From: Paramecium tetraurelia
Lineage: Eukaryota
DNA length: 64,000 nt
Assembly (NCBI GenBank): GCA_000165425.1
Contig: CT868013.1
Location: forward strand, 62,001 to 126,000
Direction of reading: 5' to 3'
Under the pieces are notes generated by a model. That model was given only the letters and a program-made list of their open reading frames with translations. It ran no database searches and was not told where the DNA came from. The position numbers and the translations under genes were made by a program. Of the stretch, positions 12,513-29,803 are shown piece after piece; positions within the stretch are counted from its first letter, which is position 1, and each line of letters starts with the position of its first letter.

Positions 12513-12732
12513 TAAAAATGATTTACAGAATTTAACAAATTGATTATTTTTATTATTAATTATTATCTCAATAAAAATATCAGTTCTGTATCTTAAATTG
12601 TAAAATATTAATTTTCAAAAATACATTATAATCTTAGCCTTAAGATACAACATAAATAGGTTGATAAATATAATGATGAACTTAAATAACAACAGTATTA
12701 TTAAATAAAAATAGAAAAAGTTACTATCTTCA

Positions 12733-13798
12733 TCAAATTTCATTTGATGAATTAGTTTATTATTCGCTTAATTCAATATCAGATTTAGTTTCTGTGATTA
12801 CTAAATCATTATTTTTCTACTATGGCTGTAATTCAATGCCTATTATGGAAGGTCTAGAGCTTTCGTCTCCATCGATTATTTCCACTTCGACAGGCTCGTC
12901 AGATTTCTCGTATAGTGCATCCAAGACAACGGTTTTCTCCTTCTTCTTAAATTTGCTTTTCTTGAGAAATGAATCTTGTACCCAAAACTATAATAACCTG
13001 TTTTGATACGCAAAGAGCATTAAATATTAAAGGGATGATGACGAGTACAATAACAAGTTCAAGTTCTGGATATTAGTTTATAGGTTGAAACATCCATGAT
13101 ACTGCTGTCAATAAATATTCTCCCAAGAGTAATTAGAAGAAGTAGAGGATAACTTTGCTCTTGTTTATTGAGTGATAACTTACTGCAACAACGATTAAAA
13201 TCCACAATGTTAATTAAAACATGTACACTCCATAAGCAACCTCAACTTTCGGTTTGGCTTTTTTGGCTTCAGTCTAATCCTCAGAACTTAGAGAGTAGGT
13301 TGTAATTTGAGGATAGGTTATAGTATAGTAATTTCCAGTTTGGAATTGCTAGAAGAATTACTTAAATGCATACCGTCTAGCCCAACTTTTGAAATAGGTT
13401 TTCAAAGAGAGTGATTAATAGACAATTGATGAGCATGCCCAGAGTGCAATCCAACATGTAAGTAATAAAATACCTTTCTTAACTATATTATGTACCATTA
13501 ACATTAATCTCCACTATCAGCAGAACTCAATAGTAAGGCTAAACCAATATTTAAGAAGTGTTGCACAACGGCACTAACAAACTATTTAGCAGTATCCTAC
13601 TTATCTACTCTAAAATTACCATTAAAAATATTTTCCAAACTCTCTTAGGTTTCTCAATGTGTCTCTTGACTATTAAATAAAAATGAACTCATTACAGACA
13701 AGGACTAAAAAGCAAAGGAATCCCAGAATGGATTACACTAGTATTCCAAATCCTCCCAATAACTCACATCCCTAGGCTTCAGGTTCTTCCGTTGACAT
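12733..13798 (-). CDS. STIMATE/TMEM110 family multipass membrane protein
   Basis: CELLGGFGILVQSILG, KRHIEKPKRVWKIFLMDTAKQ, DQCQWYFITYMLDCTLG, GNY, WVQDSFLKK; several short introns; acidic C-terminal tail. Confidence 0.85.
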
Positions 13799-14145
13799 GT
13801 AGAATCGAGTTAAATTAATTAATAATGCGAAATCTGGATATTCAATTAGTTCAGACAGTTACCAATCAATAAACTGTTGTTGTATCTTATAAGTCGGCAT
13901 ACCCTTACAAATGAATCGAATGGATTATATAGGATAATATTTGGAAATCATAACAATAAGATTATATAAAATATAGTGATAATTCAAATCCGAATTCTGA
14001 ACTTCTTTATTCAACAAATAAATTGTAGTTAATAATAAATTAATCATTAATACATGGTTATGCCCCATTCGTATAGAGTGCATGAGAAATTGATGACAAT
14101 TAGATATAATCTTAATGCAAATATATTAATTCAAGCCTGACTAAT

Positions 14146-15250
14146 TCAATTTAACTCAATATTTAAGTCACTTATTAAGTTCTATTCATCTTCGATTAAC
14201 AACAAATCACCATTATTATCCAGCATTCCAAATTATTACACTTTTCGTCTTGGCTGAGGTGGAGTATCAGTAACATCTTCAGATGACGACTCTCTTATCT
14301 ATCTCCTTGGTGGAATTATTGTTTCAGTGTCATCCATTTCCTCTATTTGTATCTCTTCAAAAGGTTACACTTCCTCTACTTATTCTGGTGCTATGGGATT
14401 AGTCTTTTCAGAACTAATTTTGCCAGATTATTCTTTAAGAAGCAACATCAATCGAGCATTATTAATCTCCTAAATCTAATCCACTCCTCCGCTTGAAAAT
14501 TCAATACAACTCTCAAACAGGTCTAATCTTTCAGTACTACATTTGGTCGAACACATTCTACTTGATTTTCTCATTAAATTTGTTTCTTTTATGAATATGG
14601 AATTATACTCTCTCTTTTAAGTCTCCTCTACAGAAATAGATCATCTTATCGCTTAAGATCCTCCTCAATCACTTTTTATGTTTAATCTGAAGCCTTTTGA
14701 TATCCACTTATTAGATGCTACAAATCATTTTAACTGCCCTCAATCTTATCTTATATTTCCATGGCAATCTTTGCCTTTGTTTAACGTTCTTTCTTTTTTT
14801 ATTCCACACATAATGTTTACTTATTATAAGATCATCTCAATACCTTTCCCTTTGCACTTTCTTGACTGTTTTGATTGATGTTAATCTCTTGTACAATTAG
14901 ACTTTGTGTGTGAGTAGGCATTGATGGAGGCTAATCTTAGTTTGTCTTACGAATGCTCTTCAGGGCTCTTTGACAAGCAAACAACGATTACAGTTTCTCA
15001 TTGAAATAATACCCAACTGGATCCTACAATCACTCACTCAATCATTACTTAAATACTGTCATAATGTTCAATCAACAAAGCATACAAATCGATTAATTTT
15101 TATATAACATCGTACTTCTCAGATCCTTTGTGGTATCTTTCCTCAAAGTCAAGTAACTCCTGATAGATTTCACCTAATTATATATAAAGCAAATTTACTC
15201 GTTATAGGCATTCTGAATTTGTTAATTAATTTAATTTATTGACATCATCA
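14146..15250 (-). CDS. Hypothetical protein (start approximate)
   Basis: Frame joined by short introns: EIYQELLDFEERY...LIDLYALLIEHYDSIQ-DPVGYYFNEKLQSLF...; coiled-coil middle and acidic tail; TGA 14146-14148. Confidence 0.6.
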
Positions 15251-15960
15251 TACTTTAACAAACTTATTTTTGTTTTTTTCTATATGAACACAAATTCGAA
15301 CTTTCTTAAATAAGAATGAAAACCTTATTGGTAAAGTAAATTAAAAAATGCGAAATAACAGCACTATCATTATTCGTTTCAATTATTTTTACAAATTTAA
15401 CATATCGATTTCCCTTAAAATTGTATCCTCCTAGCTCCTAGGTTAGATTGTTCTTTTTACTATAAGATGAATTTATCTTGGTTGAATTAAAATAAACATA
15501 AAATGCATTTGAAAGTTGCGTTTAAATTACATAAAGAAACTGGTTTATCTACATTAAGAATAGTGAAAAAATAAATTTAATCATTATTTATATGACTCAA
15601 ATATATGTTTATAATTGTTAATTAACTACTCAATATAAAATAATTTGGTAGAATTGATTATAGATATTTTCATTATTTAATAAATAGAATATCCTAACAT
15701 TTCATATTGCCATTCTATCGAGTTGATTTTTGAATAGTTTTAAAATAGGGCTGATGAATTATCTTGTAAAAATGATTGTAGAAAATGGCTATGCTCTTTC
15801 TTAAATAATTGTCATCAATATTATATAGATCATAAAATGTATTCAAATATTTGTGAAACCTAATTAGACAATCAAAAGAAATTAAAAAAAGTAAAATGTA
15901 TTTATTAGAAATGAAGTTTAGATTGCTTAATTTATTATAAAATTATTAATAATATTACAG

Positions 15961-16823
15961 ATGTAAAAGTTTTAAAATTTAGTCAACTTATTAGAAGATC
16001 AAAGAAAGAAGACATCTTCGCGTCATTCAAATTCACCTAAAAGCAAAGTTACAGCCAATCATGATGAATAATTTCTAAAAGCAAGTATTAAGGCTCACGA
16101 TTCCAGAAAATACTTACTTAATAATAATCCAAAAAGTATACATGATAGATTGAGTTCATTGATTAGAAAGAAATCCTCTCCCACCAATAAACTCAGAAAT
16201 AAACACAATTCTTTACACGAAAACAGTTTTATTAGCAACACTTACACAACTTAGGATGAGATGCCATAAATAATTTTACCTATCAACGAAATTTAGATGC
16301 CCCAATACCATGTCCATTAATCATTTTAATAAGAGTCAAGATTAAAAACAGATAATACTAATAACGAAATCATTAGTCTAGAAAATTAGTTACAAAAGTA
16401 TCCTAAATTGCAAAATTATTTTCAAATTAAAAGAATTCAGAAAGAACTAATTAAAAAAGAACAAATAAAGTCGAATGCATCTTTGGCCAACACTAAACCT
16501 CCCTAAGATAATTCTAAATACCAGTTAAAATATGGAATCAAATTTGATAATTTTATTTCAAGATTGTAAGATAAAGATGCTAAAATTAGAATATAAAAGA
16601 TATATGACAGGTATATATTAATAATCGCTCTAGGTATACTTATCAAAGAATAAGCACTAAAGTATACACAGAAATCCCAGATGTAACAAAATATACAAAA
16701 TTAATAAATACCTAAACAGAAATATTTCAAGATGTAATTGAAAATAGGAGATTATCAAGATCAAATCAAAAAAAATTGGAATCAAATCTTAAAGAAATTT
16801 ATAGATAAGTACTAAAAAATTGA
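15961..16823 (+). CDS. Hypothetical basic protein
   Basis: MQKFQNLVNLLEDQRKKTSSRHSNSPK...; one 23-nt intron at 16611-16633; TGA 16821-16823. Confidence 0.65.
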
Positions 16824-16970
16824 TTACTATGATTACACAGATTAACTAAAATAATATAACATAATTTTAATTCCTTTTTTTATAATAATATGATTTAAAT
16901 CAATATAATAAATAAATAGAAAAGAATTTGTAATATGAATTATATCTCTAGGATAGATTAGAATGAATAA

Positions 16971-19125
16971 TCATTTTTTACTTTAATAATTATTCTTAAT
17001 ATTCTATTTTTTTTATCGAATATCCAATTGATTATAACAATAATTAATGAATATTAATATACATTTTATTATCATGGAATTTCAAATCTGTTGCTTATGT
17101 TAGATTTTTATATTTTCTATTATTCTATTTTTTAATGCCTTTTTAGAATTTTAGTGCCATATTGATTTTAAAGTGTGTTATTTAATCTAACATCCTAATC
17201 CTTCTATTAATCTCTATTTTATTCTTCTAATTTTGGAAGCTATATGAAATCGCCCGTATTAATCTTTTCTATTTTTTATTGCTGTGTTTCTTCAACTTAT
17301 TACTTTTGCTATAAACTTTATTCCTTCACTCGATTAGAATATTTAAGAACCCAGTCCATCATAAAATACATTTAACAACTTGAAAGGAGATTCACAAAGG
17401 AATAGCGATTTTATTTAATCAACATTTTCATTTCTAAAATGATTTTTGACAACACTTTTATTTTGATTGTCAAATTTCTTAATGTTAACTGAGATCTAGA
17501 CAATTTTTAATGGTTCAACCTAGATACTAGGTCGCATTTCCTCAATTTATATCTATGTTGTATTTATTTATTCTTCCTATATGACATTGACTATCGGAAC
17601 TTTCTCATCGAATTCCAACAATATCTTTAAAAATTACCAGAGATTTTCTTTGATAATTTCGTGAATATACTTATCACCTCCCAATTGGCTTTTTAATTCT
17701 TAGATTGAGGTAGGCTTAGATTCAACCAGTTTGAATAAGAATGGATTGGGCAAAAAGTATCTTGGATTTTGATCATATTAAATCCCTAATTCTTCTCTTA
17801 ATTCTAATAATTTAACCATTAAATCAAAATTTTTTGCTTCCATTCTTCTGTCTTGTTTATTAAGAATTGTTTGCAAGGATTAATCTTAATCTTATAAAGG
17901 TTTCTTGTAAATCTTGAGAGCTGTGTCCTTACTTCTTTTTAATACACTTTCAATATAATAATTTGGAACATTATTTAGATTCTCGTTTGGTTTATTTAAC
18001 TTCTTCAGATCTTATCTCATTCTGTCATAGATGTAAAGTAAATAATGTGTGTCAATCTAAGCATATTTAATCATTTCATCAGATAATGGTCTTTATGTCC
18101 AATCTGCAGTTTAATATGTTTTATCTGTAGATTTCTTACAATATTCTGAGAGCAGAAACTAAAAGGAATTTTACATAAGCAATAACTCCTTTGAGGCTTG
18201 GAATGTATCGAATAGATTTACAATATATAAACCAAAATCTCTTTACAGCCATTGTACATCATTATCAGCTCCATGAAAAACCTTTACTATTCTGGGGTTC
18301 GTAAAGACAACACTTAACATGTCTCCTAGTTATTTCCATAGAGGAAAAGGATCAATTATGTAATCTTGAGTTCTTGTGCTTAATTGGATCAAGCAGGTCA
18401 CTCCCAAATAAGATATTGAATGATTATGTTCCAAATCTACAGCAATCTCACTAAAACCATTCTAATCCACTTCATTTTATATTTTAAGGACAAGTTCCCC
18501 CAAATTATCAGCATTATTAATCATGATGGGAGGTTCTAAATCTCGATATCTATTAATTTTGGGAGGTACATCAAGTACAAAATCTTGTGGTGTCAACCTT
18601 GTTATTTCTTCATAGTAAGGGTGTGTAAATTCTTCAATGGCATATTTTTCAAAAAATAAAGTTGGGTTATTTTAGGCTTCTATTATTTTTTAATCTAATT
18701 CTGTTTAAGCATAATGCTTATATTTTAAAACAGGAATAAAAGGTAATTTATTGAGTTAGATTACATCAGCAAATCCATAAATATCTTTTGGTTTAGCTTA
18801 ATTAGTTTTTTAAACTTGGGGTTGTTTTGGAGCTATACTTAATTTATTCATTTTGTCATATTGAATGGCTGCATTTTCTAAGAATTAATCCAATGTTTCT
18901 TCTATTTACTATATACTTAAGAGAGAATACTTTAAATGGGATAGTTGTTGAATTAGTTTAGACATCTCCGATCAGAGATCGCAATCCATTGATGACTGAG
19001 ATGAAGGCTTGATTAGTTTCTGAAATAACCTTTTTGTTTCCTGGTTGTTTTTCTAAGAATTTCAACTCATCTTTTTTAGGCAATTGATTGATTAATCCAA
19101 CCACTTATTTTGCGTGAGTTTACAT
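16971..19125 (-). CDS. RRP6: Nuclear exosome 3'-5' exonuclease RRP6/EXOSC10 (3' end approximate)
   Basis: DEDDy motifs [71 protein letters not shown]; HRDC-like region follows. Confidence 0.93.
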
Positions 19126-19279
19126 ATTATAATTAAATTGTGATTATAATAATTTTACAGCCCTGTGTATAATTTTATAAATAACAAGAAATAAATGCAG
19201 ATGATTCATTCTAAATGATAACTTAATTAATGATTATGCACTAAAATAAATTGATACATTGTTAAAATATATTCTTTAC

Positions 19280-20405
19280 TCAAATCTTTAATTATATTTT
19301 TTCCCAAAATTCAGTCTATGATTAGTGATATTTGATCTGAAAATCTGAAAACACTTTTATTAATCTTAGGTATTTTTCTTTTGTATTTCTATAAAAATTT
19401 GGGATCTCTTATTGGGATATCAATTTATTCATTAAAAACAGAAGCAATTTCAATGATTCGACAGTGGATTACTATTATTAAATTTAATTCTGGATGGCTG
19501 CCACTTTTTCTTCTTTCTTTCCAAAAAGCACAGTTTTCGAGTGCAATTCTTGGAGTTGAATATTCAGCTTATATAATTTCTCATCTTCTTCTTTCACTCT
19601 TTATACAATAGCGTTTCTTTAAACCAACGCTTCCTTACAAGCTATTAATTCCCTCTCCACTATTTTTGTGTATTCAAAAACCTTATTGTACTCATTTTTG
19701 GTGCAACATTTTTTGGATAATTGAAACTATTCTTGGGTTTCTTAACTAGAAAATACTTATAGTTAATAGTGAAAATATACCTTAATGATTTTACTATTGT
19801 AATTTTTCAAATTATGGTAAAAAGTGTTCTACAAACATTATAAATCCTTAATTTTAAGAATCCTTCTCCTTCATAAGGTTCTTGGCCATACTTGAAAAAT
19901 TTTCAATCATAGGTATTATATGACAAGTTGAAGAATAAAATTAATCAATGTCATAGACCTGTTGATTCTCGTTGAAAGTGAAAGTCTCCTCATACTTGCT
20001 TATAATTTGCTGTAGAGTTTTATTTTTTGCCATTTCCTGCAATTATTCAGTCGTCCCTTTGATAAAAATACTAATCTCTTCACCTAACCAAAGATAAGGA
20101 ATTTTTAATATCTTTTTCAGAAAATATGATAGGTATTTCGAACGGTAAGTAATAACATTGGAGTCTAAATTGCCCTAAAAATATTTTACGAATCAAAATA
20201 CCAGAGATTTTTTTTGTGGAATTGGTGGAATGAAGCAACCTGGCCAAGTCCTATTAAATACTTCCTTCAGAATAACGAAATCGTTATATCTCTTATTGAT
20301 TAAAAACTCTTCCCCCTTACGTATGCCTTTGATTTGGTACTGAGTATAGTTTATAAGAGACTCCTCCATTACCTAAGCATCTATTATTTTTATATAATCC
20401 TACAT
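19280..20405 (-). CDS. PX-domain sorting nexin with a helical (BAR-like) C-terminus
   Basis: YTQYQIKG...KRYNDFVILKEVFNRTWPGCFIPPIPQKK is a PX domain; TGA 19280-19282. Confidence 0.85.
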
Positions 20406-20561
20406 AAATTTAATTTATACTTTTACTACTATACCAGCCAGAATTTTTAGATTAGATATCCCCAAAGAAAGAAGTAGGGAAATGTTGATTAAAGAATACG
20501 ACAAAGGAAGAGAGAAAAAATAAAAAGTCTATTAAAGGCATTTGATTCATTTTAAAAATAC

Positions 20562-21675
20562 TCAACCAATTACACTTCTAGTTAGGTTGACAGGGTTATA
20601 GTTTCTCCCTCTAACTTCCTGTTCTCTCAAAAAGACACATCTCTGGGGGTTGGCCTTGTTTTGAGATGTTTCTCCAAATAGTCTATTTTTGGTATCTATC
20701 TATTATTCGATCTATTTTCTCTTCATCCATTAATCGTGGAATTCAAAGTTTTGTGAAGGGAAACTGCTCTTTGCTAATAATGGATCTTTTTATTTAGAAC
20801 TGATGGGTTGATGGGCTACATTATTGAATTCAATAGAGGGATTGCTGGAATTAAATCGTTCAAGTGCTATTTCTTTAGAAATGATTAATACATTTATATC
20901 TCTACAATGAGCTCCTCACACTCTGTTATTCCAATCCTCTCAATTTTGCATTTTCTTCCTTATATAGTTCAGTATTGTCATTGAATGGACTATCCAATCC
21001 ATACAATCCACTTTTAAAGCATTGTTTGGCTTTCTTAAATGCTCGATTGACATCCTGAAATTCTGATCTCCATTAATGAAATTTCAATTGATTTTCTTTG
21101 GTGACTAGCATTTCTTGAAATTGTTCTTTGGGTTTTTTTAATCCTACTTCAGTTATGTAATTAAGTTTAGATTCGTCAAATGGTTTATCAGGTACGGAGA
21201 GGAGTTTCTTCTGTAAATATTTACTTCCGCTTTTCATCATTGGATGATCACTTATGATATGATTGATTGTATGTTAATGTAGATAATCAACATGGTCATC
21301 TATAATTCGAGGTTGTTAACTTCTAAAGAAGAAGCTTTAGTTCTTCATGCTGTTCTAAAAGGGTTCAGTATTTTTGAGAGAGTTTCCACCAACAGAAGCA
21401 AATTAACTTTTTTAAAGGAAAGTTCCTAAATGTTAGGCATCCCATGTATTGCCTGTCATTTTTAATGAACCATCCAAGGCTAATGGAAGTGGACTAGGGA
21501 TTTGAAGAGTGATGTACCTTAATTAAGATTTGGTTTATTCATTAGGAACAGTTTTGTGTACAAATGTCGAGAGCTTCATCTGAGTTTCCAAACAAGAATC
21601 TCCTTCTCTTCTCATGAAATCACGAAAGTTGTCTCTTCCAAGATCAGGAACCTTTTCCTTTTGTCTAAACAGCAT
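20562..21675 (-). CDS. Hypothetical protein, possibly ciliary or cytoskeletal
   Basis: MLFRQKEKVPDLGRDNFRDF...; two short introns; ends LREQEVRGRNYNPVNLTRSVIG then TGA 20562-20564. Confidence 0.65.
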
Positions 21676-21733
21676 CGAGATATAATATCTAAATGTATAA
21701 ATTATTATTATTTATTAATATTTCAATTTTTGT

Positions 21734-22854
21734 TCAATAAATATCATTAGCTTCCTATTACTCCTAAACATCTTGTGGTTCATCAAGATGTTATTATTAG
21801 GATTCCTCAACCTACTCGTTTTCATTATTTGATTATTCTTAATGATTAGATTCAACTTGTTCTTCTTACTATTGTACATCTTATTATTCTTATTAGTATT
21901 CTCCTTATTCCTATTGTTATTATTATTCTTCTTCTTATTGATACTATTATGGTTATTCTTTGGCTTAGTCATCTTCAGCCTATTAATGTTATTCTTAGGA
22001 TTCAACCTTTTGATCTTATTCTTGTTCTTCTTATTGATTTTCTTAGTTTTCATTTTGATTTTCTATTAATTATTCTTACTATTCCTGTGTATTTTCTGAT
22101 GATGTAATAAATTATGATTCAGCTTTTCTAATTCCCTCTGAGTTCTATTGCTCTCTGATTTGCTATGTGGATTATTCTATAGTTTTTCTGACTCTTTATT
22201 TGTCAAAAACACTCTTTTTATCAGATACGGATGTGAAGACTTATTCGGTGACTATTTCAGCCTACCCAGGTAGTTTTTCTTAAACTTCTTCCCTTTTCAC
22301 ACTTGGTCTGAAGGGAGCTTCAGTTGTACTTGAGCCTTTTTTATTCATTTAAGCAATTCTATCTTTTACAGATTGAACCATCATTGTTTCCTAAACAACT
22401 TCTACAAAGAATATATATGTTTAATACCAGCAACAGCTGTAATTTTTGTTTATGACTTAGTCTATTCAGCTGGCTTAGTTACTTATGATTTGGGTTGATA
22501 AGCTATTTAGCCCGCTGTGTCAAGTTTATGATATTTTTTCTCTATTTTGCAATTGCCACATTATTGAAATTATCCGACAAGGGCTAATACAAAGTTATTA
22601 CAGGCTTTGGCTCTTAAATCATCTTCCTCCACTTGTTTTTAGGTGGCTATTTGTTACAGTTTGTCCTATTAGAATTTGGCTAATGAAATAATGGATAAGC
22701 TAATACCAGCATTGTTGTTGTTGATAGGCTTTTAGACGTACTCAATGTTGTTGCTTTCAAAGTCAAGACGATGAAATTTCTTTTCTCTACCACAATTTCT
22801 GCACTCATGGAAACTGCCTGTCAAGGACAATGCAAAATTGGAACATACATTCAT
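21734..22854 (-). CDS. Protein with two C-x-CxxC-H putative zinc fingers and a long Q/E-rich tail
   Basis: Repeats CSNFALSLTGSFHECRNCGREKKFHRLD and CNNFVLALVGQFQQCGNCKIEKKYHKLD; SVKDRIAQMN motif; two introns; TGA 21734-21736. Confidence 0.75.
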
Positions 22855-23071
22855 TTTATGAAATATATATGTAAAAATGATTTATGATTATGTAATTCGA
22901 TTAAAAGATTAGTTCTTAATTGAGAAATTGATTTTGAAGATAGAATATAAATTTTTGAGGAATTTCCTGGTTGTTTAAGGAGAAGCAGAAAAAGCCATTG
23001 TTTTATAGAGTTGATTAAAATTATTATCGATCAAGAGAATAATATAATTTATATAATATAAAAACGGATTT

Positions 23072-24374
23072 ATGAAGATAGCAGTTCTGATAGCGATATT
23101 ATCACTGGCGCTCTGTTACAGGACGCCACAATTCGAGGCAGCTCAATAGGTCATAGTGCAATATGCTGCCGGTCACATATTGGAAGCCCAAGCAGGAGTT
23201 CCAAGATAAGTGGTTGTGGACGTAAAATTCAAGAAAGCCTTCGAAATTCCTCCTTAAGTGTTCATCTCCGCATAATTACTAGATTGGAGTGTTGGTTTAC
23301 CTCATGGGTATATGGAGAGAGTTAGCGATATCACAACCACAGGTAATAATATAAAATTATCAATCCTAAGGATTCAAATTGAGTGGAGTAGCTGTAGGTC
23401 CCTCTCCTCTCTATTCCTTATTCGTTGATTGGTATGCAATTTATGATCCCAGAATTCAAGTGGTCACATTCGAATCAACAGATGTCAAAGAATTAAAAAC
23501 TGGATAAGGCGAAAGAAAAGTATCATTCACAATTGAGCACAGTCTCAAAGATGCAACAAACGCAATTGTAGGTTTGATTGGTTGTAAACACTTGCTGACA
23601 AATCCAATAGTGGAAGTCAAAGTAATCAATGTTTTGCATTTTAGGTCGAACAAGTAACACCAAAATCTGTTACTGTCTCAGCTAGAACATATTGGCAAGC
23701 ATAATTGGAATTTGTAAGATTCAACGTTCTTTTGGGTACTGATCAATCTTTGTGGGTCTCACCTGCATATGTATTCTACAATGATCCTGCTTCAAGTCAT
23801 CCCTTCGTCAAAAGAGCACCAAGTGCAGCTGAAGTCTAATAAACCATTGAATTACCAAAAGTGTGGTAGAGCGGTCCAAGAGTTCCTATTGTTACACTCA
23901 GAGGTTATGATGTCGAAAGAGCTAGAAACATGAGATTGTCATACAATAAAGTAGTACTTGAATCAAAATTGTAATACAATCTAGTGACATGTACATAATC
24001 ATATTATTATACCTTAAGGGTGGGACACTTAAATGTATGGAGTTTTCCATTAAGCTGCCATTTTTGTTGCTGATACCACTTACAAAATTTTTGATCCAGA
24101 TTGTGCTGAACTTTTCTCTGAATGCAACTTTAAAGGAGACTCAATCACTGTTTGTGACAGAATTCCAGATCTACCAGGATATGGATGGTCTAAACCAATC
24201 AGATCCTTAACAGTCCCAGTATCAAGAAGATTATATCTTTTTAATAAAGAAAAGTATGAAGGTTAGAGAACCTCCTTCATTGCAAACTAGCAGTGCATGG
24301 AATCTATAACATTTTCATTTGCACAACTCCAATCATTTGAAGAGGAAGATCATACAGTTCTTGCAAGTTAGTGA
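23072..24374 (+). CDS. Secreted protein with H-type-lectin-like repeats and a C-terminal beta/gamma-crystallin domain
   Basis: Signal peptide MKIAVLIAILSLALC; VKFKKAFEIPPQVFISAQLLD...ITTTGFKL...VDWYAI resembles H-type lectin; CAELFSECNFKGDSITVC...IRSLTVP...LYLFNKEKYEG is a crystallin Greek key; three introns. Confidence 0.8.
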
Positions 24375-25016
24375 ATTTAATATTAACACAATCAATGAAT
24401 AAAATATATTTATTTATTCTTAATTAATTACTGTTTATACTTCATAACCTTTAGAATTTTGAAAGCAAAATGCGCTATCTCATTAGGATGAAACTCTTCC
24501 ATTATTTGAAATCAAAAATAAGTTCTATTCCATTTAGATAATAGGAATGCTTATACTCCATCTTTTTTCTAATCATTTGTAATTTAATTCCTATTCCAAA
24601 CTCAAACAGTTACTTGATTAAAAGTTGAATTAATGTTTATTAAGGTAAATTAGTGGTTACTCATTGAATGAGCTGAATTGATACAGAAAAAGGGCAATTT
24701 TATAAAATTAGATTTAGATTTAGATTTCAGAGCAATTTGAATACTTTATGATATGTTTGTACTAATTACTATAATACATATAAATTATATTCCTATCATC
24801 CTCTAAATACTAATCATAAATTAATTCTATGATATTTATCTTTGCCATGTTTATTTAATAAAATGAAAAGTCAAAACTTTTTTATGATATGCATCAACTT
24901 CTTCATACTATATGTAACATTTTGTATCAAAAATACAATTCAACTTGTTCTTAAAAATTGAGATAAAAAGGAAAAATTTCATTAATTTAATAATTTAATA
25001 ATTAAAAGCAACAAAA

Positions 25017-25489
25017 ATGAAAGCACCATAATAAAGGCAGACACGATTTTAATCGAAGGCAGAATAATGTGGAATATGTTATAATGCAATAGAATAATAA
25101 GTAAATTGAAACAAATACTTTCAGGGACATTTGGATAGTTGCAATCACTCATTTTGTTTAACTTGCATCAAAAAATGGTCAAATGTACTATAATCCATAA
25201 TATTTAGATTGAAAACACGTGCCCTCTTTGTAAATAGAAGTTTAAATAAATTGAATAAAAATGGAAAAGAGTATTTTTGTAGTTTAACTAGGTATATTAT
25301 AAAAGCCATAAGATATCAAAGTAGAAATGCAAAGAGAATAAGTAAAACATATTAATTATCACTAGAATTTTCGTGAAAGATAAAACCCAATCCCAAAAGG
25401 AAGAACATTTTAATGTCTTGCTTGAACTGTTGATAGAATTCATTTTGGCTGATAGTATTTATAACATCTATCTCATAGTTAATGATTGA
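25017..25489 (+). CDS. Small C3HC4 RING-finger protein (putative E3 ligase)
   Basis: CGICYNAIEQQ-GHLDSCNHSFCLTCIKKWSN-IENTCPLCK after short introns; TGA 25487-25489. Confidence 0.88.
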
Positions 25490-25551
25490 CTTTGCTTAGA
25501 TTATTTAAAATTTTGTATATTATATAAAATATTTATATCTTTTGTTTAAGA

Positions 25552-26995
<1,444 letters not shown>

Positions 26996-27469
26996 TTAAT
27001 AAATTATTTTATATATATATAATCTAAATATGAAAACTGTGAGCAAAAACAATATATTAACTCATCCCCTTGAAACATTAGATTAATTTTCCAAGTTCCA
27101 TAATATTTCTTAAAAACTATTTTTTCAGCCCTTTTAAAACAAAGGCTCTGATTCCATTATCCAAATTCTAAATTAAATAGTATTGAATACTTCTGGATTT
27201 GTATTAGAGTCCTTAAGGTTTAAAGAATTTCTCCATTCCTAGTTAATTATTGACTCATCTCCCTCAAGTGATATCCAAAAATGCAATTGAAGCAGAAATA
27301 CAATTATATTTTTAATAAATTTATCTATAAATTACAGTTATTAAAAGCCTGAGAAATTGAATTTCATTTAAAATGGCATTTACTTGTAAGTCGAAAAAAT
27401 AGCATAAATTTGATTATATCAATTAAATATCGATTACAGCAATATAAAACTTTCAGAAAAATATAGAAA

Positions 27470-29747
<2,278 letters not shown>

Positions 29748-29782
29748 TCAAAATATATATATATATATTAAATTATTGTGGT

Positions 29783-29803
29783 TACGCGCATTTATTTGGC
29801 GGA
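29783..29803. promoter_or_regulatory. Candidate E2F / MCB-like cell-cycle elements upstream of MCM5
   Basis: TACGCGC (29783-29789) and TTTGGCGG (29795-29802) form a CpG-rich patch about 35-55 nt upstream of the MCM5 ATG in a very AT-rich spacer. Confidence 0.55.

Noticed and set aside
14090..14140. TGATGA...CTGA pair resembling a box C/D snoRNA, next to a weak hairpin at ~14060-14083
   Set aside because: Only about 50 nt, no rRNA-complementary guide recognised, and such motifs arise by chance in AT-rich DNA; an Rfam or snoscan hit would be needed
21715..22069. Supplied ORFs rich in N/K or L/F/I (also 31777-32346, 31854-32096 and those in 47550-49478)
   Set aside because: Off-frame or antisense shadows of Q/E-rich coding regions, where TAA/TAG encode Gln; not real membrane proteins
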